A DNA stretch of 64,000 bases from Bythopirellula sp. Its GTDB lineage: Bacteria > Planctomycetota > Planctomycetia > Pirellulales > Lacipirellulaceae. Below, piece by piece: positions 9,942 through 19,642 of this stretch. Under the pieces are notes generated by a model that did not search any database, had not been told where the DNA came from, and was given only the letters and a program-made list of their open reading frames with translations. The stretch lies in assembly GCA_965216565.1 (NCBI GenBank), contig OZ244170.1, positions 1,824,001 to 1,888,000 on the forward strand, in the 5' to 3' direction. A program made the translations under genes and the position numbers. Every line of letters begins with the position of its first letter. Position 1 is the first letter of the stretch.

Positions 9942-10757
9942 ATGCCTGAAGCCAAGAAAACCCCACTTGCACGACAACGACGTGTAGAAATCCTATCGGA
10001 CCTGGAAGATAAGGGCTCAGTCCGGGTAGCGAGGTTAGCAGAAAGATTTGGCGTAGCCGAGGAAACCATCCGTCGCGATCTGGAGAAGCTTAGTGACGAA
10101 GGAAGATTGGCACGAACACACGGTGGGGCACTCAGTATTCGGAACCAACGTTTCGATCTTCCCTCGGCAGTGCGCCGAAACACACAAGCTGCCGAAAAGC
10201 AACGAATTGCTAGCCAAGCCCTCAAACACATCGAAGCACACGACGTGGTGGCCTTTGATGCTTCGACGACCGTGTTGGAATTGGCATGCCTGCTTCCAGA
10301 CATGCCGCTTACCGTGATTACCTATGGCTTGGACGCAGCGCGATTTTTCATTGATCGCCCACAGATCCAAGTGATTTCCACAGGCGGAGAACTCGATGCA
10401 CAGTCAGTCTGCTTGTTGGGCCCGATTGCAGAGAATACTCTGCGACAGTACTCCATCAATAAGGCTTTTTGCTCTGCGAACGGTATAGATTTAGAACGTG
10501 GCTTCAGTGAAGCAACAACAGCTCATGCCTCGATCAAGCGACTACTTATGCAACTTTCTAGAAAGACATTCATGCTGGCCGATCACCAGAAGTTCGGTGT
10601 CCGCTCAATGGCCTACTCAGGGAAGTTGGCCGATGTGAGCGTTGTGATCACCGACGAGCAGACCGATCCGAGCTTCCTGGAATCGCTTAACAAAGCCGGG
10701 GTTGAAACCGAGATTGCACCAACCAGAGTGCTTCCAATAGCGGGAAAAACAGGATGA
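9942..10757 (+). CDS. DeoR/GlpR-family regulator (candidate rhamnose regulator)
   Basis: HTH FGVAEETIRRDL..RTHGGA, EKQRIA, DASTT and LADHQKFG. Divergent from the rha operon. Start at ATG 9942. Confidence 0.92.
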   Translation: MPEAKKTPLARQRRVEILSDLEDKGSVRVARLAERFGVAEETIRRDLEKLSDEGRLARTHGGALSIRNQRFDLPSAVRRNTQAAEKQRIASQALKHIEAHDVVAFDASTTVLELACLLPDMPLTVITYGLDAARFFIDRPQIQVISTGGELDAQSVCLLGPIAENTLRQYSINKAFCSANGIDLERGFSEATTAHASIKRLLMQLSRKTFMLADHQKFGVRSMAYSGKLADVSVVITDEQTDPSFLESLNKAGVETEIAPTRVLPIAGKTG

Positions 10758-12256
10758 CGCTCAACAAAATCATCGAACTTCCCGATGTCGTGCTAATCGG
10801 CAGTGGCATTATGTCAGCCACTCTAGGCGCTATTCTTAAGAGACTCGACCCGACATTGCGCATCCAGTTGCTAGAAGTAACCAGCGACTTAGCTCAAGAG
10901 GCTTCCCACGGTTGGCACAACGCCGGCACCGGCCACGCTGGCATCTGCGAACTCAGTTACACTCCCAATCAGCATGACGATGGTTCGGTAGACGTCACCA
11001 AGGCTATCAATGTATTTCAGGAGTTTGAGCAATCAAAGCAATTCTGGGCACAAGCCGTAGCGACAGGGATGCTCGGCGAGCCACAAAGCTTTCTCAATGC
11101 CGTTCCACACGTGAGCTTTGTCTACGGGGAGAAGCAAGTTGCATTCTTGCAAGCCCGCTACGAAGCAATGTCCGCTCATCATTTTTTCAGCGACATGGAG
11201 TTTACTACCGATTCTGCGCGGATCGCCGAATGGGCCCCCTTGCTGACGACTGGCCGCGCACATATGCCCGTCGCGGCTACCCGTATGGAGTCCGGCACCG
11301 ACGTTAATTTTGGCGAGATTGCTCGCCAACTTGTCACCTGGCTCGGTCAGCAGGAAGATTGTGGAGTGGCGACTGGACATCGAGTTACGAATCTTCATCG
11401 AAACGGAGATGAATGGTCTGTTGAAGCTCACAAACTAGAATCGAATCAGCTAAGCAATATTCGCACCAAATTTGTATTTGTCGGAGCTGGCGGCGGTAGC
11501 TTACAACTGCTTCAAAAAGCTGCCTTGCCAGAGATTCGCGGCTATGGCGGATTTCCTGTGGGTGGTCAGTGGCTCGTTTGCGACAATCCGGAAATCGTTT
11601 CACGCCACCAAGCCAAAGTCTACGGACAAGCGCAAGACGAAGCGCCCACAATGGCGGTACCTCATTTAGATACCCGAGTTATTGATAATAAAAGGTGGTT
11701 GCTGTTCGGACCTTTCGCTGCCTGGACAACGAAGTTTCTGCATGAAGGGGGTAGTTGGACAGATCTGGCAGGATCACTAAGAGTCCACAATTTGCTTCCG
11801 CTCATGAAAGTTGGGTTAGCCAACCTGCCACTAGTCAAATATCTGATTCAGCAGGGCACCCAGAGCATGGCCGCTCGGCTCGAATTACTGCGAACTTATT
11901 ATCCAGAAGCTCGCGAAGAAGACTGGCGACTAATCGACGCAGGCATCCGCGTTCAAGCAATCAAAAAGGAGGACGGTGCCACAGGAATCGTTCATTACGG
12001 TACCGAAGTAGTGACCGATAAAGACAACTCGCTTGCTGCGTTACTCGGAGCATCTCCAGGAGCTTCCGTATCAACGTCAATAATGATGAACGTCGTGCAA
12101 CAATGTTTCCCGCAGTTAGTCGAGGGATCGCAAGCCTTATCAAACGTGCAGCAATGGATCCCCAGCTACGGCCACGACCTCATTGCGGAATCTGGAAGCG
12201 AGCTTTATCAGCAACTCAATCGAAAAGCCTGCCGGCACTTACAACTCACTCTTTAG
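10754..12256 (+). CDS. mqo: Malate:quinone oxidoreductase family flavoprotein
   Basis: IGSGIMSATL, NAGTGHAGICELSYTP, GTDVNFG, FVGAGGG, VPHLDTR and LLGASPGAS motifs. ATGA overlap with the DeoR gene. Confidence 0.9.
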   Translation: MTLNKIIELPDVVLIGSGIMSATLGAILKRLDPTLRIQLLEVTSDLAQEASHGWHNAGTGHAGICELSYTPNQHDDGSVDVTKAINVFQEFEQSKQFWAQAVATGMLGEPQSFLNAVPHVSFVYGEKQVAFLQARYEAMSAHHFFSDMEFTTDSARIAEWAPLLTTGRAHMPVAATRMESGTDVNFGEIARQLVTWLGQQEDCGVATGHRVTNLHRNGDEWSVEAHKLESNQLSNIRTKFVFVGAGGGSLQLLQKAALPEIRGYGGFPVGGQWLVCDNPEIVSRHQAKVYGQAQDEAPTMAVPHLDTRVIDNKRWLLFGPFAAWTTKFLHEGGSWTDLAGSLRVHNLLPLMKVGLANLPLVKYLIQQGTQSMAARLELLRTYYPEAREEDWRLIDAGIRVQAIKKEDGATGIVHYGTEVVTDKDNSLAALLGASPGASVSTSIMMNVVQQCFPQLVEGSQALSNVQQWIPSYGHDLIAESGSELYQQLNRKACRHLQLTL

Positions 12257-12376
12257 ATTTCCACTCCTACTCGCAGAGCAGATGAGAAGTACAGTTCCAG
12301 TAGTTCTCAGAAAAGAACAGTCGGTCTAGAATACCGAATTCCCTGAATCAATCGGCAAGATTTTCAAGGATGAGAG

Positions 12377-12460
12377 TACCGGAGGTGGGACTCGAACCCA
12401 CACGATCTTGCGATCACTGGATTTTGAATCCAGCGCGTCTGCCAATTCCGCCACTCCGGC
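12377..12460 (-). tRNA. tRNA-Leu (CAA); CCA not encoded
   Basis: Reverse complement GCCGGAGTGGCGGAATTGGCAGACGCGCTGGA-TTCAAAA-TCCAG..., with a long variable arm and GGGTTCGAGTCCCACCTCCGGTA. Confidence 0.97.
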
Positions 12461-12773
12461 ATGCGATACACTGTAATAAGTTACGATCATTCTCACGCAC
12501 GTCAATGTGTAACCTTCACTTCTGCCATGCATTTCTACTGCAACTGCAGAGTCGCACGTGACTAGCTCCTTCCACGAATCCTAAAGATTCGGGCGAAACG
12601 GCGGACTACTGAGGGAAAACGCATTCTAGGGGGATTTTTTTGCAATTGTCCACTCTTATAGTTTGGCAATTCTTGCAGATTGTGCTGAAAGGACAGGGAT
12701 TCTTACAATAAGCTAGACGGGCAGAAAGTAGCCTCGGATTCTTAAAGTTCGGAACCCAAACGATCGTTGAGCT

Positions 12774-14099
12774 ATGCACAATCTCTCTGCCACTCGGAGA
12801 CAATTTTTAAGACTTTCTGCTTGGTCTGGATCGATGTTCCTGCTCGGCAAAAACTTGGGAAATTCTACCTATGCCCAGAACAAGCCAGCCACTGAGAAAT
12901 ACAAGCTGTCTCGGGAGAAAACTCTAGGACTACTCCTAGGTTCGGCTATCGGAGATGCGTTGGGAGGCCCCATCGAATTTCAAGAGTCTGACGATGTTGC
13001 CCCACTTGTGTTAAATTGCCGAGGCTGGGATGACAAACGACAGCTGACGCAAAAAGATGTTGAGCAATTCGCGGATTCGCTTGAACTTAGTTCCTACGGA
13101 AAATTGAGACCAAAGCCTGAGCCGTATGGCCAATGGAAACCGAAGGCTGCTGCGGGGACCATTACCGATGACACTCGTCATAAAATGGTGTTGCTAAATG
13201 CCTTGAATCTGGCTGACCAAGAGGAACGCTTTCCGATTTCACAAAGTGATCTGGCTGAGGCCTACTTGACGTTTTCCGAAGAGGCTCTGATCGCCAGTCG
13301 ACCGGAGTATCAAGAGCTGTGTGAAGAGTCCTTAAGAGAGTATCGCAAATCGGCGAATTGGATTGCGGGAAACCATGACCTCGAGATTGCTGCGCCGCCT
13401 CAGCGTATTTGGGCAGGCATCCCGACTTGCTGTGGCCAGATGACACTGTTGCCGTTGGCCGCCATCTTTCCAGGCCAACCAGGGAGAGCTTATCAAGCCA
13501 GTTACTCCTTGGGTTTTTTTGATACAGGCGCAGCCAAAGACATCAATTCCGCGATTGTTGCCGGGCTCTCTGTGGCGTTACAGCAGATTCCACCGACCGG
13601 TCCGCCCACAAGTCGGCAAGTATGGAACAGCATTGCCGCGGCGATGAATTCTACTGATCCTTATCGCTATGCAGAGATCCCTTTTGTGGTTCGGCCGACG
13701 ACGCATTGGCTGGAATTTGCAAAGAATGCTGTACGTCGAGCGGATCGCAAACCCAAAGTACTCTACGAAATACTTGAGAGGGAAGGGCAGGTAAAATACT
13801 ACTGGGAGTCGCACTTTATATTATCGTTGGTCTTCGCCGCTATTGAATTTTGCGACTACGACCCACTTGCCGCGATGGCCTTGATTCTCGATTTCGGGCA
13901 CGACACAGACTCAGGTGCACAACTGCTGGGAGCCTTTCTCGGAGCGATTTACGGTCCAGTACTATTTCCACAGAAGCTGCAGAAACCTGTAATCACTCGA
14001 TTAGCCGAAGACTACGACGTCGACCTCAACCAATGGACCGACCTGCTGCAGCGACTTGCGGACCGCGAGAAGTATCCCGAAGTGGTCAGCTTGCGGTAA
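12774..14099 (+). CDS. Tat-exported ADP-ribosylglycohydrolase (ARH/DraG-like) family protein
   Basis: TRRQFL twin-arginine motif. GSAIGDALG, GTITDDT and GHDTDS metal-binding motifs. Confidence 0.87.
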   Translation: MHNLSATRRQFLRLSAWSGSMFLLGKNLGNSTYAQNKPATEKYKLSREKTLGLLLGSAIGDALGGPIEFQESDDVAPLVLNCRGWDDKRQLTQKDVEQFADSLELSSYGKLRPKPEPYGQWKPKAAAGTITDDTRHKMVLLNALNLADQEERFPISQSDLAEAYLTFSEEALIASRPEYQELCEESLREYRKSANWIAGNHDLEIAAPPQRIWAGIPTCCGQMTLLPLAAIFPGQPGRAYQASYSLGFFDTGAAKDINSAIVAGLSVALQQIPPTGPPTSRQVWNSIAAAMNSTDPYRYAEIPFVVRPTTHWLEFAKNAVRRADRKPKVLYEILEREGQVKYYWESHFILSLVFAAIEFCDYDPLAAMALILDFGHDTDSGAQLLGAFLGAIYGPVLFPQKLQKPVITRLAEDYDVDLNQWTDLLQRLADREKYPEVVSLR

Positions 14100-14100
14100 C

Positions 14101-15849
14101 TTACCAACCGCGACTACTCCTCAGCAGTGAGCAGCCAAAAACCACGCAGGAGACGTAGAAAAGCACCGAGGGTTCGGGCACTGTAGCAACGGCCGCTAGT
14201 GGGCTTGAATTATTGGCCCCGAATTGTTGCTGCCAAAGGAGAAAATCAAGGCCATCGGATGTACCATTCCCGTCGGCGTCGCTTGTGCTGTTCGTCCCAA
14301 ATGCCGCCTCCCATTGCGCCAGGTCTGCTGAGCCGACCGTGCCATCAAAATCGAAATCAGCACTTAAGAAACTAGCGTTAGCATTCCAAGGAAATACCGG
14401 CAGTTCGTCCAGTACAATAATGTCTTCGTGCCCCAATGTGGCTTGCAAGTCGGCAGGCGACATAGCGTCGACAAAACTGCCGCTCCACGGCATGAAATAA
14501 CTCCAATCGATTTCCCATTGATCCATTACGTCGGGGTCAGGAAGCGTTCCAGTTTCGGATAAGGCAATCATCTTATTGCCATCGTACTGCTCCAAGATGT
14601 CATACCACTGGCCACTCATGCTTGAACTGGGATCGGTATAGATATCTAGTCCAATCATATCGACAACATCGTCCCCCGGATACCAATCGAGATGATCACC
14701 TTCCGCCGCAGAAGAGGTGAACTCCCAGATTAAATTGTGCAGGCCATGCACATTGGTGAGTCGATCGTGGGTAAGGTTCCACAGCTCCTTAAACGCTTCC
14801 GGGCCGTGAGCTCCCCACCAAAACCATTCCCCTTGGGCTTCGTGTAATGGCCGCCAAAGGACAGGCACTCCAGCGTCCTCAAACTTCTGCAGTTCTACAG
14901 CAATCGCATCGATGTCTCGCAGCAGCAGCTGGTAGTCGCTACCGGCAGGATTGGCCAATGCAGCCGGCAAGTCGAATGTTGTGGCATAAGTATAGAAACC
15001 TCGCCACCATTCCTTGCCTGGGGTGTTGATCAAGTCGGTTGGAGCGTTCCAATGCCACATCATGCTCACGACGCCACCAGTTTGCTGAGCCCAAGCGATC
15101 GTCTGTTCCGTCTCGTTATCTGGTGTAGACCCAAATTGAACTCGTGATGGCGAGTACTCGATAAAATCAGAACCCCGAATCGCCGGTACCATACCACCGG
15201 ACTTATTGAGGTAGCTTTGCACGGGAAACGAGAGGTTCTTACTCACCTCATGCTGCTGTCCAGAGAGTGTCTTGTGGCCGTATTGGCTGGCCAAGTAGTT
15301 CATTAAAATACGAGTGTTATGGTCTGCTTGCGTGTCGTTCAATTGCGAAGTGATGGGAGAAAGCGCCGGTGGTGTGAACGGACGAAATTCTAAATAGTCC
15401 AGATCGTAGAAACCCCACCCCTCGTAGATACCTAAAGTGTTCGTGCCGTCGGCTAGACTGAACAGCCCGGCCCGGTCTTCCGCAAATGTCGCTGATTGAT
15501 CGAACATTCCACTTCCAAACTCGCCGTCGACCTGGTAATCGTATCCCTTGGGCCCATACTGCGATCGGTAGCCAACCCACATTTCATACAATCCTTCTGG
15601 GACGTTGACATTTAATTCCACATAGTCGCTGAGCGCGTCCTGATTGTTGAATCCAGTAACATAGCCTGTGCCCGAATAGCCGGATACAGATGTACTAGTG
15701 ACCACATTCTCCAGCGTTCCGTCCTCGGCTTCGTATCGATAAGGTTGGCTTTGTGCAGAGGGCGCAAATAGACCGACAAGCAACATGGCGGCAGCGGCCG
15801 AGAATATCGAGGGAATCCCACTGTAGCCTATTCCTTGAGCGCTGCGCAT
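14101..15849 (-). CDS. GH26 endo-beta-1,4-mannanase with CBM35-like domain, dockerin-like module and PEP-CTERM
   Basis: YEAEDGTL CBM start; WHWNAP, WRPLHEAQGEWFWWG, DMIGLDIY and IALSETG; VPEPS tail. The start is set at ATG 15849 because the longer ORF overlaps the upstream gene. Confidence 0.92.
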   Translation of the reverse strand: MRSAQGIGYSGIPSIFSAAAAMLLVGLFAPSAQSQPYRYEAEDGTLENVVTSTSVSGYSGTGYVTGFNNQDALSDYVELNVNVPEGLYEMWVGYRSQYGPKGYDYQVDGEFGSGMFDQSATFAEDRAGLFSLADGTNTLGIYEGWGFYDLDYLEFRPFTPPALSPITSQLNDTQADHNTRILMNYLASQYGHKTLSGQQHEVSKNLSFPVQSYLNKSGGMVPAIRGSDFIEYSPSRVQFGSTPDNETEQTIAWAQQTGGVVSMMWHWNAPTDLINTPGKEWWRGFYTYATTFDLPAALANPAGSDYQLLLRDIDAIAVELQKFEDAGVPVLWRPLHEAQGEWFWWGAHGPEAFKELWNLTHDRLTNVHGLHNLIWEFTSSAAEGDHLDWYPGDDVVDMIGLDIYTDPSSSMSGQWYDILEQYDGNKMIALSETGTLPDPDVMDQWEIDWSYFMPWSGSFVDAMSPADLQATLGHEDIIVLDELPVFPWNANASFLSADFDFDGTVGSADLAQWEAAFGTNSTSDADGNGTSDGLDFLLWQQQFGANNSSPLAAVATVPEPSVLFYVSCVVFGCSLLRSSRGW

Positions 15850-15856
15850 AGGTGGG

Positions 15857-17860
15857 TTAACTCCAGCCGCCGTTCCTACGCGAGCAGCAAATATAGCCAA
15901 ATAGCAGAAGAAGAACCGACGAAGGTTCCGGCACAGCGGCAGAGGCAGCAGTTTGTCCAACGGTGCCATACTGAGTTTCCCAAATTGCAAGATCAAGACC
16001 GTCAACCGCTCCGTCTCCGTTGGCGTCGCCTTGGGCGAGCGTGGCGCCAGAAGCAATGCCCAGCCCCTCTTGCAAAGCAAGAAAATCAAGGCCATCGACA
16101 CGCCCATTTCCATCGAAGTCGGCGTCTTCCCCTACGAAAGTCGTGTCGGTCAGTGCGATACGATCAATATAGACCGTCGCACTATTCCCATTAGGCCAAA
16201 TTCCATCAAAACCAATATGAAAGTCTAGCCCCGTGATACCTGAGACGAGCGTACTTGAATTGTCGAGACTGTTGAGCGGGATCTCCACTGTGAACGTCTG
16301 ATTAGTCGGACCGCCAATATCAGCAAACGGAAACGCTTGCCCCCATTCCGACCCTGGTGTGGATTGGAAAGAAATATGCATGTCCATATCGGTTAGCCCG
16401 GCTGGGAGATCCGTCGCCACGTAAGTTACGTCGATCTCCAAGTTGTAATTATCAATGTCGTCCTCTATCGCATCGAGCATCGCTTGCAACTGATCGCCAG
16501 ACATGACCACTTCAGCATCCCAAGTCCAGTCGTCATCGCTCTTGGTGATCGACATAGCACCATTTCCGTCAGTATTGCCCGTGCCCGTGACTTGTGCGAG
16601 TGTACTGGTTGAGCCCGAGAATCCAGGGAACTGAAAACCCTGAAGATCATTCTCGAAACTATAAAGCACCTCGGTTCCGCCTGCGGGTGGCGGAGGTTCG
16701 TTGGGATCGGGCGGCAGGGGGGTGGTGACAAAATCTGATAGCCACTGCGAAGTTTGAACGTTGTTGGCATGCGGCTCCGAGCCACTGACGCCCATGTCCC
16801 ATAGGTTGCCACCGGTGCCTGGCATCCCCCAATTCCAAATATGCGCCGCTAAGAACTCGCTGCCCCGGCCGTCGAGCGCTCGCATCAAACCTTCGTAGGC
16901 CATGTTCTGTTCATCTTCGTCAATCGATCCAATACTATTCTGCGGATTGACCGTGGTACGGTTGTACGGCAGATAGCCGACCTCCGTGAACTCCACTGGC
17001 ATGCCGCTTCCTGCTTTTCGTCCTGCAGCAAACGGCAAGATCTCGTTGTCCAGTTTGTTGTTCCAAGCCGTTTCCACATCGTCAATGAAAGTTGCATCGG
17101 GATAAGATCCTGAAGCATCCGCCTGGCTGTTCGACAAGAGGTTCGTAAAGTAGGAATCGATCCCGATATAATCTATTGATGGGTGTTCCCACATGACATT
17201 GCTGAGATTGCTGTTCTGGTAATTGTCCCAGTTCGCCGCATAGCCTAGCGAGCCCGTGAAGTTCGAGTTCACAGTGCTAATGACAGAGTTCCACTTAGAG
17301 TTATTTCCAGAGTTCTGCGTGATTGCCCTTAGTTCGGTGCCCACTGTCATCGAATCGGCACCGTTGGCTTCCGCCACAACCGCCACGTCGGACAGGTATT
17401 GTTCATAGTCGTCCCAAAACGTGGTCCACTCGCCACTTCCAGGAGTCGGGTCGTAGAACCCGCGCCACATGGAAAAACCTGCTGGCTCTACGAAAGGATT
17501 GACCGTCACTCGCATTCCCAACGATTTGGCACGCGTGATACCAGCCGCAATGTGATTGAGTTCTGGCCCCTGCGAGGAAGTCGTAGCGATCGAACCCGAT
17601 CCTAGCGTCACAAAGCGAACCGGACTGATGGAAACTTCATCAAACCCGGCATCGTGAATCGACTGAACCGCGTTTTCCCAAACGGTGGTGCCAGTAGCAC
17701 CGTAGTTCCACCACGAGATTAAATTGAACCCAACACCCGGATCGACCCCTGGTTCGTAGTAATTGGGGTCAGAAGCCACTGCTGGCGAAAGCAGCAATAG
17801 GCAGGCGATCATCACTCCTTGCAGCGGGAGCAGAAGCCGGTGGCAGTCATAGGTGCGCAT
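15857..17860 (-). CDS. GH113-like beta-mannanase with putative CBM, dockerin-like module and PEP-CTERM
   Basis: AKSLGMRVTVNP, WRG, TVGTELR, YAANWD, IGIDSYF and FTEVGY motifs. VPEPS tail. Start at ATG 17860. Confidence 0.85.
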   Translation of the reverse strand: MRTYDCHRLLLPLQGVMIACLLLLSPAVASDPNYYEPGVDPGVGFNLISWWNYGATGTTVWENAVQSIHDAGFDEVSISPVRFVTLGSGSIATTSSQGPELNHIAAGITRAKSLGMRVTVNPFVEPAGFSMWRGFYDPTPGSGEWTTFWDDYEQYLSDVAVVAEANGADSMTVGTELRAITQNSGNNSKWNSVISTVNSNFTGSLGYAANWDNYQNSNLSNVMWEHPSIDYIGIDSYFTNLLSNSQADASGSYPDATFIDDVETAWNNKLDNEILPFAAGRKAGSGMPVEFTEVGYLPYNRTTVNPQNSIGSIDEDEQNMAYEGLMRALDGRGSEFLAAHIWNWGMPGTGGNLWDMGVSGSEPHANNVQTSQWLSDFVTTPLPPDPNEPPPPAGGTEVLYSFENDLQGFQFPGFSGSTSTLAQVTGTGNTDGNGAMSITKSDDDWTWDAEVVMSGDQLQAMLDAIEDDIDNYNLEIDVTYVATDLPAGLTDMDMHISFQSTPGSEWGQAFPFADIGGPTNQTFTVEIPLNSLDNSSTLVSGITGLDFHIGFDGIWPNGNSATVYIDRIALTDTTFVGEDADFDGNGRVDGLDFLALQEGLGIASGATLAQGDANGDGAVDGLDLAIWETQYGTVGQTAASAAVPEPSSVLLLLFGYICCSRRNGGWS

Positions 17861-17885
17861 CAAGGAACTCGATTTAGATTCCGGG

Positions 17886-18308
17886 CTAAGGCTTAGGCAC
17901 CTTAATCTGGAGGGGTAGGTCATCGGTGGAAATCACAAGTGGGGTCTTGACCGTACTAGTGTAGTCCCGAGGGACGAGCAACTCTCCATCTTTTTTCTTC
18001 GCGTATAGAATTGCCACCTTGTGTCGACCCGGCACCAAACCATCGCCGTATTTGTAGCTGGTGACGAGATCAAAACGCCCCTCTGAGTCTAGGTGAGCGA
18101 TAGCTGGCCGCGGTTTCGCATTTTCCATATCGGGTGCGTCGAGCGCAATAAATTTCAACTGAATGCCCGATTTTGGCACTGAGCTGCCATCCTCGTAAGT
18201 CAGAATGCCCTCGACCGGCACATAGCTGAAGGGCCCCGGGGATCCACAGCCTGGGAAAATAGACACAACAACCAAGGATGATAGCAGACGAGAAATCTCG
18301 CGTCTCAT
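17886..18308 (-). CDS. Small lipoprotein, DUF1559 partner (carboxypeptidase-regulatory-like fold)
   Basis: Lipobox-like FPGC; VPVEGILTYEDG and DGLVPGRHKV..VPRDY, typical of planctomycete genes next to DUF1559. Confidence 0.8.
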   Translation of the reverse strand: MRREISRLLSSLVVVSIFPGCGSPGPFSYVPVEGILTYEDGSSVPKSGIQLKFIALDAPDMENAKPRPAIAHLDSEGRFDLVTSYKYGDGLVPGRHKVAILYAKKKDGELLVPRDYTSTVKTPLVISTDDLPLQIKVPKP

Positions 18309-18355
18309 AGACTCGCTCCGCAATTCTCCGAATATCTTCTTAGGAGATGCAATAC

Positions 18356-19480
18356 TCATTCTCCCAAACGGACTTCGTATCCATCCGCTCCCATGTTGAG
18401 CCGAGGCCAAACTCCGAATGCTTCTGGTGTGGTGTCGACAGGATCTTCTCCGATGAAGCCCCCAACTTGTAGCTCGCCAGTTTCGATAAAGTCGCTCAAA
18501 AAATGCGTACTTCCATCCGCCATAGCGACATGGGCACCTCCGGGATGGGTACTGCGCACTACTGATTGACCGCTAGCATTAACCGATTGGTCTGGCTGCA
18601 TACATTGGATTGCCAAAGTGTTTTGGCCTACGTCTTCGTAAATATCGCTGACGCCAAATACATCGTCATCGAACCCGCCGCAACTATTAATCGGTAATCC
18701 TGCATGACGGCAATGGAAGTTTGAACCACACATTCCCATTGCCCAAACACCGCGGCGGTCTCGCTCGCTGAGTCCCACTCGCATTTCCGCTAACATGATC
18801 GTGTTGGTAGTGCCATCGGTAATGCGAGCCATCGTCATCTTGGGGCCAGAGATGCCACCCATCCCCAAGTTGAATTCGGCGTACTCGGCAGCTTCTTTCT
18901 CAGCGGAACTTGCACCCTGCAAGTCACCCTGCATCACCTTAGTTAGTCCAGCATTAGGCCAAAACTGAAAGCCATTCAGGCCATAATTGCCGCGTGCCCA
19001 ACTGCTTCCCGGGAAACTGCCTCCTGTAAATCGTTGCCCCTGTCCCTGATCACTGGGACAAAGCATAACTGAGATTTCTGTGCTTCTGGCCTGTTCGTTC
19101 TCTGAGTCGGTAATTCGTTTTAGCGATGCCAGATCGACACTGATTTGAAACTGATCGTATAGGTTCTGTTGCTCGAAGTAGGGTAGAGTGTCTATCGCCC
19201 AATTTGAAAAGAGACGACTATCCTGTAACACGCTATCGTTCGAGCCGGGCCTTAGAGTCGAAGGGACCGGAAAATGGCCGCGAGCATCGTGAAAGTTGAT
19301 GACAGCCAGTGCCATATTTCGGATGTTGTTACTACACTGGATCCGTCGGGCGGCTTCGCGAGCCGACTGCACGGCTGGAAGCAGCAATGCGACAAGCACG
19401 CCAATGATCGCAATTACGACAAGCAATTCGACAAGCGTGAAGGCGCGTTGCGATTTGGCAGATGAATTCTGGGTGGTCAT
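18356..19480 (-). CDS. DUF1559 prepilin-type protein (H-X9-DG C-terminus)
   Basis: [57 protein letters not shown] and HPGGAHVAMADGS. Confidence 0.95.
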   Translation of the reverse strand: MTTQNSSAKSQRAFTLVELLVVIAIIGVLVALLLPAVQSAREAARRIQCSNNIRNMALAVINFHDARGHFPVPSTLRPGSNDSVLQDSRLFSNWAIDTLPYFEQQNLYDQFQISVDLASLKRITDSENEQARSTEISVMLCPSDQGQGQRFTGGSFPGSSWARGNYGLNGFQFWPNAGLTKVMQGDLQGASSAEKEAAEYAEFNLGMGGISGPKMTMARITDGTTNTIMLAEMRVGLSERDRRGVWAMGMCGSNFHCRHAGLPINSCGGFDDDVFGVSDIYEDVGQNTLAIQCMQPDQSVNASGQSVVRSTHPGGAHVAMADGSTHFLSDFIETGELQVGGFIGEDPVDTTPEAFGVWPRLNMGADGYEVRLGE

Positions 19481-19567
19481 TCCTCTTCTCCGCCCCTCAT
19501 TATTGCACTGAGTTCCGAATTTGCCCGTGTGCCAAGCTACAGACATTATGATAGCCGAAAATGAAAT

Positions 19568-19583
19568 GGTAAAGTACTTGAGC
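19568..19583. promoter_or_regulatory. Putative LacI operator upstream of DUF1559
   Basis: GGTAAAGTACTTGAGC, a 14/16 match to the palindrome GCTCAAGTACTTGAGC. Confidence 0.65.
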
Positions 19584-19642
19584 AGCTGCGATAAATAGCA
19601 GTTCGAGGAATCTTCTTGGGCCAGGCGATGAAATCGTTCAGC

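Noticed and set aside
15850..16113. Long N-terminal ORF extensions overlapping neighbours (also 1739-1885, 9829-9882, 18309-18410, 56142-56252)
   Set aside because: Downstream starts give proper signal peptides or RBS and remove the overlaps, so these are ORF-caller artefacts.
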